A stretch of 64,000 bases of DNA, from assembly GCF_009914755.1 (NCBI RefSeq), contig NC_060935.1; one strand, written 5' to 3'. The notes beneath the pieces were generated by a model, which saw only the letters and a program-made list of their open reading frames with translations, searched no databases and had not been told where the DNA came from. Below are positions 55,931 to 64,000 of this stretch, in pieces; the stretch's first letter is position 1; every line of letters starts with the position of its first letter. Source of the stretch: the human T2T-CHM13v2.0 reference genome, Homo sapiens. The position numbers and the translations under genes were made by a program.

Positions 55931-56948
55931 ACCTTTATAAATGGTCACTATGGTTACTGCTAAGAGGCAGGCTCAGGCTGGAACCATCTCCCGTATGACA
56001 TCTCCAACCATGTCGGATGTCAGTTTGTCTGAGGAGCCACTGTGGCTGCAGCAGGCAGCTCTGCATTAGAAAGACACAGCTGGGCACAACGCTGAAATAT
56101 GTTAGATTTCAACAACCGTAACCACCCTCTCTCACTTCAAAACCTCATTCATGTTTGCTAAATATTATAATTTTATATTATGAATAAGTATAATATAACA
56201 TTTTCTCTAGATTCTGGTTGTCTCTTGTATAATGATGTTTGCCAAGGAAGACAGAGAAATGAAGAGGAAAGATACCGGAATTGCTTTCTTTTAAATGAAA
56301 GTGGGGCCACATAGTGATATATACACATCCTAGCTTACAGCATAGCCAGACTGGTTAGACTCTAAGGAAACTAGAATTCCCCTTCCAGCACCACTGGCAT
56401 TTGCCCATGCAGCATGAGCACTGTCACATTCCTAAAGGCATCTCTTTGGCTAGTGCAAACCCTTTTGCCTGGGAGGACTGCTTTGCTGTAAGATAACTCC
56501 TCATCCAGCCTTAGCCATGGGCCTACAACAGTTACTAGACCACTGTCCAGGTGACAGTGCTATTGTGTTCTGCCCTTCCAAGGAGCAGCCTGTCATGCAA
56601 TAAACATCTATCAAGACTTCTTGTGTGCCCAGCAGATATCCCAGGGCACCTGCCTTGTGAAAAGGCCAAAGATTGCAAAGAGATGGGCTGTGCAATGGTG
56701 AAACCATCTGAAGACTTCTCAGGCCTTCTTCCACAAACTGTTTGGTGAGGGAGGTGGTTACCTAATTATTGTTCTTTGTGGGCCCTTTGAGCAGCCCACT
56801 GTTGGACTTGACAGCAGAACTTAGTCCCGAGGTACCTCCATCTATTTGCTGCCATTGTAGAGACCAGGTCACACTGCATGGAATAGAAAAACCTTATTCA
56901 GTCCAACAGATGTTTGCTGAGCTCCCTACTATAGAAGGGAAAGATCAT

Positions 56949-57278
56949 GAGAGGAGGAGAAGACAAAGAGAGATTGATTGATGGAAACAAATACAGTTTG
57001 ATAGGAGAAATACGGCCAAGTGTTTGATAGATCAGTAGGGTGACTGTAGTTCACAATTACCTATTGTATATTTCAAACTAGCTAGAAGAAAATAACTCAA
57101 ATGTTTCTAGCCCAAAGAAAAATATTTAAGGTGATGGATATTTCAATTATACTGACTTGATCTTTACAAATTAAGTGAATGTATTAAATTATCACATGTA
57201 CCCTGAAAATCTGTATAGCTATTTTGTATCAATTAAAACTGTTATTTTCAAGAACACAATTAAGAAAAACAAAAAAAA
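56949..57278 (+). mobile_element. Old L1 (L1MA-like) 3' fragment
   Basis: L1MA 3'UTR-like text, A-rich tail, TSD ggaaagatcat (56938-56948 / 57279-57289). Confidence 0.7.
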
Positions 57279-57459
57279 GGAAAGATCATAGTTTTGGGCC
57301 CAAACGAACTTAGCTCCAGCCTTGACTGCAGGTGTGATTTTACGTTAGTCACCTTACTTCTCTCTCACTTCCCCATCACTGGGTTTAGTAAGAGCCTGAC
57401 AAAACCCCACAGGCATGTTGTAGGAATACAACAAGAAAATGTGTGTAAAGCTTTTGTAG

Positions 57460-57806
<347 letters not shown>

Positions 57807-58097
57807 TCATTTTTAACGAAACTGGAATCTACACAGTATTCACACATCAGGAAGGTGAGTCAGCCACTTTAACTTAAGCAGCATCCTGAAATATGACAAG
57901 AAATGTACTTGTTTTATTACTCTTCTAGGACATCCTTATGCATATGTCCCCAGCACCAGAGTGTAGCCTGGGAGACAGGAGTGGTGCTTGAGTCTCTGCA
58001 TGCCCTGAAGGTGATGGGACCTTGACGGTGTTGGCCCAATGCCACACTGGCATCTGCTGTTGCTTGTGTTTGCCAGCATGCAAAGTTGACCTCCTGA

Positions 58098-58453
<356 letters not shown>

Positions 58454-58595
58454 CCCATCATTGCTTCTTATTTTCATGATTTCATGCCAAAAGTTATTGA
58501 GTCCCGTAAGTTTTGCCTATTGTCTGGTCTTACCAGTACTTTTATCTAAAGCTTTTTTGGTCTCTTGTATCCTTCTTGCCGGTTTCTCCCAGAAG

Positions 58596-58773
58596 CTCTC
58601 CTCCGAGTGGAAACCAGAGATCAGGCTCCCGTCTGGCAGTGACCACGTCATGCTGAAGTCCCTGGACTGGAATGCTGAGTATGAGGTCTACGTGGTGGCT
58701 GAGAACCAGCAAGGAAAATCCAAGGCGGCTCATTTTGTGTTCAGGACCTCGGCCCAGCCCACAGCCATCCCAG
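58596..58773 (+). CDS. NCAM1: NCAM1 exon, FnIII-2 C-part (LSSEWKPEIRLPSGSDHVMLKSLDWNAEYEVYVVAENQQGKSKAAHFVFRTSAQPTAIP), 178 nt; includes the FGL motif
   Basis: tccCAGAAG|CTCTCC ... CCAG|gtatgg. The NAGNAG allows an alternative start at 58593. Confidence 0.97.
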
Positions 58774-61295
58774 GTATGGCTGCCTCTGCTTTCTGTTTGT
58801 TTCCGCTTTGAATTAATGCACAAGTGCTGCACCTCCTAATGCGCCTGAACAACCCTGACAACTTGCTTGCTTACAGCCATCCTCATGATTGGTTGCCCAT
58901 GCAAAGCTTAGTTTTGCCTTGTACCTATCTGTGCAGTGGGGTGAGATGTACTGGACCCCCAGGAAGGCTTGGCCAAGCATCCTGGAGAAAAGGTCCTGTC
59001 CCATTTGGCCTTGAAGGACTGATGCCAATCAGTCCATTGGACCCCTCAGATGGGAAATGCCCCAGCTCCAGCCTAGCCTTGGAAGTTGGTTGAGTAAGGA
59101 TCCTTTTTTGAGACCTTATCTGCCATCTGCCACATCATACTTGGACCACATAACTGTTTCTAAGCACTTCCTATCTGATGCTTGCTTTATGAGCACAGCC
59201 ATGGTCCAAATCTCTTCTCTGTGGTGACCCTAAGAGAAGGAAGAGATGATGCCCATTTACTTACAAACCCTATCTACCAAAGGCCTCTCAATGGAAACAG
59301 ATTAAATTGAACCACTTGTAATAGAACAAGTGGAGAAAATAGATGCTGGAAAGCACCATCAATGAAAGCAATCCGGTCTGCTAGAGACTGTGATGGCAGC
59401 AGTTCTCCTAGGAGATACAGATCTGTCTCCAGGGATCCAAGACCTAACCTTGCTGGTCTCCTTTTTGGCCAAATCCCTCAGAGAAGAAGGAGCTCTTCAA
59501 CTGATCACTCTGCTTTTCCAGACCAGCCAAATGCCAACCCCAGGCAGGAGAGGTGGGCATAGAACATACAGCTGCAGCCTGTTGGGGGGCCCCATAGACC
59601 CTGCCATGTTCAAGTGTGGTGGGAAGACGGCCTTGGGCAGCCCCCCTCATGCCTGCCCTGTCTTCAGTGCTTGCCCGGCTCTTGGCTCGGTGGTCATGAT
59701 TCCTCCTCCCAGGAGGAGACAGGCCAGAGGGCTGTGGGCTGCCTATGATGCAGGGATGTATGTGCAAAAATGGGCTAGGAGAGCAGCAACAAAACGGGAT
59801 CAGTGTGTGGTTCCCAGTGGTTGTTTGTACATGGATGTGTGTGTCTGGGAGACGTGTGCTGGACCTCCAGTGAGTTGGCAGGTGAGTTTTACACTGTAGG
59901 TCAGAAGCATCAATTGGTCCACCCTGCATTGACAGGAAGGCTCCCCAGTGCTTGCTGGGGTGGGTGTTTCTCCACAGTCGCTGGTCAGATGGTCGGTGCA
60001 GAAGGCAAGGCACGTGGGCAAGGCTGCAGGAAATGTCCTCATTATACCTTAACAGGATGTTCAAATGGAGGTTCTCCTTGCTTTTCCTCTGCCCCTTCTT
60101 TCTCTCCATTCTTTGGTCCATTCCTTTACAATCGACAGCTTGGAGTGAATGTCCAGATCTGTCTGGCCTTCATGGGACACTTAGGAGGTGAGATCAGGTG
60201 AGGCTTGAGTAAGCCCTTTGCAGCAAGACAGATTCCTTATGGCAATTGCTCCCTGGGGTGAGACTCACTGGGTAGGCTGTTTGGACCTGCTGTGTTCACA
60301 TGCTGGGTACTCCTAGCAGCACTGGCTTCTGTGGTTTTTGTGTCAGAGACCGAAATTCTGGGTAGACCTTGTCCTCCAGAGTTGTGCCTGCTGGAGATAT
60401 CAGAATCCTTCTTGTGAATCGCCCAGGTGCCCACTTAAGCCAGAGAGGGCTGGGGGATTGCTCACCTCACCGGTGACGGCTCTGTGGCTCTCCTGCACAG
60501 ATCTGAGAAGGTGGTGGCTGTGTTCTCGGTTAGACTTTCCTGGCCATTGAATTGGGATCCGAGAATAAAACCTCTCTGAATTACAAGTTGGACATTTGTG
60601 GTTGAATTCTGTGGTCAGCAAGCAGGGTAGAAGGTGAAGCGGGGTACAGAATGAGACTTCCTTTAACAGCACTGTGGTGTGGGACTTGTGCCATAGGAAG
60701 AAAAGCCTGCTTCATCTCTGACAAGGCCATCCCCAATCCCTAAGCACAGTGTGCTGACTCATAGTGCAGCGATCCAATGCATCTCCACCACTATGGGTAA
60801 AACACGCTAGACACTAGAAGACAATACACTTGCTGGCTGTATCTAAGAGGCTTCACCTTAGTGAAAGGTAACACTCTCCTAATCAAACTCTTGTATTTTA
60901 GCGTGGAGGCTTCTGTTCTCTCACTTTAATTTCATTTGCTCGCTGATCCCTAGCCCCCAAATTAACCCTGCTGTGCTGCTTCTGGCATTGCTGAGCTTCT
61001 GAACTGGCCTTATGGTATTGATACTGCACTGAACCCTCTCTAACCTTTGTCAATTTAATTTACTAAGTTGAATTAACCTTTGATTCTGTGTTTTCTATAG
61101 TTGACCTAATTTTTTTTCTTTTTATCTATTTTTTTCTCTGTTTCTGTCTCTACCTTCCCTTTCCTTCTGTCCCCCTCCCCTTCCTGTGTCTGTCGTCACA
61201 CTTGTCACCTTGGACGTCACTGGGACATCCCCACTGCCACATTTGTTTTTAAACAACCACATTATCTCTGGGGACCCATTGCTTGACACCTGCAG

Positions 61296-61375
61296 CAACC
61301 TTGGGAGGCAATTCTGCATCCTACACCTTTGTCTCATTGCTTTTCTCTGCAGTGACTCTTCTTTTGCTCTGTTAG
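61296..61375 (+). CDS. NCAM1: NCAM1 GPI-anchor signal exon of NCAM-120 (ATLGGNSASYTFVSLLFSAVTLLLLC*)
   Basis: cctgcag|CAACCT, TAG at 61373-61375. Small residues, spacer and hydrophobic tail typical of a GPI signal. Confidence 0.96.
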
Positions 61376-63650
61376 GAACTTGAACACAAAAATTAAATTT
61401 GCTTAAAAGCCCAGTTCCTATGAAAAAGATCAGTGCCCCCTTTGGAAGAACCTGGCAGGACCACCATGGCCACAGCTGCTGAGCAACCATTCTGTGTGGA
61501 AGAGAAGGTTTTGTGATTGGAAAAAGCTTTACCTCCAGACATGTCACCACTCACAGATACTTTTGTGCCACTTCATAAGGAGTTTGCCCCCTTTTTAATG
61601 GCAGTAAAAAGAATTTGAGAGCTCTTTCTTTAAATGCTATTTTTAAAAACCATCATGCTAGATTTACAGAGAAGTTTCTGCATATCTGCTACTTGTTGCA
61701 TTTTGGGTTCAAACCTAAATATGATGTAGCAGAGGAAGAATTCTAAGTACCTTCTAAAGCTTGTGTCAGATTGTTAAAATCACCACACATTCCCCTCATT
61801 CTAACTCTGTGCTCCTTGTCCTCCCTTCAATAATAATTGGCTTTGCTTGCAATTAAGCATTTAAGTGCCCATGTTAAAAGAGCCAGACCGCACTGATTCA
61901 CATGAGCGTTTTGCTGACATGATGGGCAACTGAAGTCACCCCTGTTGCCCATGCACTGGAAAAAAAGTTGAATTTGTTGGATATTTTCTGGGGCTGATGA
62001 ACGTTCTGGGATGTGCTTTCAGTCCTCGTATTACGGCCAGCACCTTACACTGTCTCTGTGAACGGGGCCAAGCCATGATGTGCCAACAAGTGTCAGCTTT
62101 GAAAGGTGTTTGTCTCCCAATCGGGGTGACTCCCCTGCTGCCTGGCAGCATGTCGCAGATCAGCACAGAGTGGGGCCGTGGTTCAGCAGTGACCCACAGA
62201 ATGGCTTTGAGCATCAGTCTACAGGACAGGTTGGAAGCATCCACTGTGAACCAGGCATTAGTCCCCTACCTGGCCTGTGTGTGCTCAGTAGAGAAGGAGA
62301 GGGACAGGCCACTCCCAGACTGCCCAGCCCAGGAGGGTTAATAAATTGGGGCCGAGCCAACCTGTCAGTGCTTCCTGAATGCCCCAGCCTCTGTATTGGT
62401 GCGTTGGTTCAGTGACATTTTCTAAACTCTCCTGAAAATCCAGCTGCTCCTCCCTGCTGCTTGGGAGTTCACCCAGGAGAGGAAATGGGTGTGTTTTGTT
62501 AAGGTCCCTTGTGGAGACTCAGGGCTGAATCCTGCTTGGTAATATTAGTGTGTGTGCTTGGGGATGGACCTTCTACTGAATAAAAACTCCCTCCCTCCCC
62601 CCATTGTGGTCACATATCATTCTACATATCTCATCTCTGAGCATCTCCATGGAAGCTTGATTTTTGTTCTTTTTGGTTTCTTTATGTATTTTTTTCTGTT
62701 GTTATTATTTTTTAATGTTCAAAGACTAGCCTTTCCCTTTGGGATTCCAAATGATCCCATGCTGTGGTCTGAGGGGCAAAGCCACCTATGTTGGCGCTCG
62801 CCATTAATCCCCAGCGCTCAGTTTAGAGGCTCACGTGCAGACATCAGAGGCTCCATGCTGCACAGTAGCTCAGGCAGGGTAGTGCCTCTCAACCCAGCCA
62901 CAAAACTCTCCCCGCTGGAGTCCCAGATGGCGCTTCACACCAGGGCAGTGGAGGCAGGCATGGTTTTTGGGCACAGGGCAGAGCATAAGGATCCCAGGTC
63001 AGTGTGGGAGAGCTACTGGCTCTTAGGATCACCTTGGGCAGAAGTCACACGGCTTCACCCTAGGAGGGCCCAGCTTGGGAGTCTGCCTCCCCCTGATCCC
63101 AGGACCACCCACAGGAGAGGGGCAGTGTCCATCTTTCTGAAGGGACCCTTTGGAGATCTCGTCCTAAGTGTGGAGAGGACTGACGTGGCCCTGTCATCTC
63201 AACACATCCCAGGGTCAGGCAGGCCTCAGCTGAAACAATGTCAGGGTCCTCAAGGGTCCCATTTAGACAGACCCACGGCTTGTAACAGTGCGCTCCTCAG
63301 GAGGCAGCACTAGCGCATACCCACTCCCCACGGACACTGAGTTCCTGGTGACAGCTGCAGCCCCAGCCCCGCCAGGAGTCCTGGAGACAGCAGCCCTCAG
63401 AGACCCTGCAGGAGTGAGTGCACCCCACCTTGCTCAGCCACACCCCACTCCCCTGTGCCCTGTAGTTGTGCTGCCCATGCTCCACACACCATGGGGCCCC
63501 TTTGCTCATTTTTGGACTATTTATACAGCAGGTTTGGATCATGTTTTTCTACTAATAAGAATGCTAACATTGTTGTGTAGATAATCAGTGAGGCCTTTAT
63601 GAAGTTTACACCTTTGCATTATTAAAGGAAATAACAGTTCATGTGAACTC
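61376..63650 (+). other. NCAM1: 3' UTR of the GPI isoform (long form)
   Basis: Follows the stop codon and runs without obvious repeats to ATTAAA 63621, with U/GU-rich sequence downstream. End approximate. Confidence 0.65.
63621..63626 (+). terminator. Distal polyadenylation signal (ATTAAA) of the NCAM-120 terminal exon
   Basis: ATTAAA, CA dinucleotides 15-25 nt downstream, then cttgattttattc...gttgtgtctg. Confidence 0.6.
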
Positions 63651-64000
63651 ACCAGCGTGGCTTGATTTTATTCAATAGTTGTGTCTGACAAAGCAGCAAA
63701 GACCCTTTCCCTCCGCCTCACATGTACCTGGATAGACTATTACCTAGAGAAATAGTAGCCTGGTGAATGAAATACTTTTTCTTCCTAACGGGGAGCAATC
63801 TCTTTTTCCCAGGCATCCTAAGAGCTGTTAAGAGGCATTGCTGCCTTGGAGTCCCCAGCAGGCAGTGGGAGGGGAAAATGCCTTTGCAGAACTGGGGAGG
63901 TGGTCACTATGGGGATGGGGCCACACTCTGAGCCAACAGATGCACAACTCTGTGGCAAGGTCACCTGATGACACAGCAGCCTTTATACTATCCCTAACAG

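Noticed and set aside
59390-60201. Overlapping 130-225 aa ORFs on both strands
   Set aside because: No domain, no convincing splice signals and no NCAM-frame continuity; consistent with chance in GC-richer intron.

Overview
Human (primate) genomic DNA covering most of NCAM1 (neural cell adhesion molecule 1, CD56) on the + strand. It runs from the first Ig-coding exon (841) to the end of the GPI-isoform (NCAM-120) terminal exon and 3' UTR (~63650). The signal-peptide exon lies upstream of the window and the transmembrane/cytoplasmic exons downstream. I placed all constitutive exons for Ig1-5 and FnIII-1/2 from splice sites and reading frame. The alternative exons are VASE (30 nt), a 78-nt Ig4 insert, MSD1a/b/c (15/48/42 nt), SEC (239 nt, internal stop), the 3-nt AAG microexon and the GPI exon. 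Introns hold a full-length, decayed, sense-oriented L1PA element (about L1PA4/5), ten Alus (including AluYa5- and AluYe5-type young copies), and older L1M/L2/MIR fragments and microsatellites. I see no foreign or wholly new system. The points most worth checking concern splicing: a GC-AG intron, long AG-free zones implying distant branch points before the GPI exon and the AAG microexon, an AG|GT recursive-type site at the 78-nt exon, a NAGNAG giving a second AAG insertion, an in-frame cryptic acceptor at 44400 with a hydrophobic C-terminus, and an intact antisense ORF0 in the L1 pointing toward VASE.
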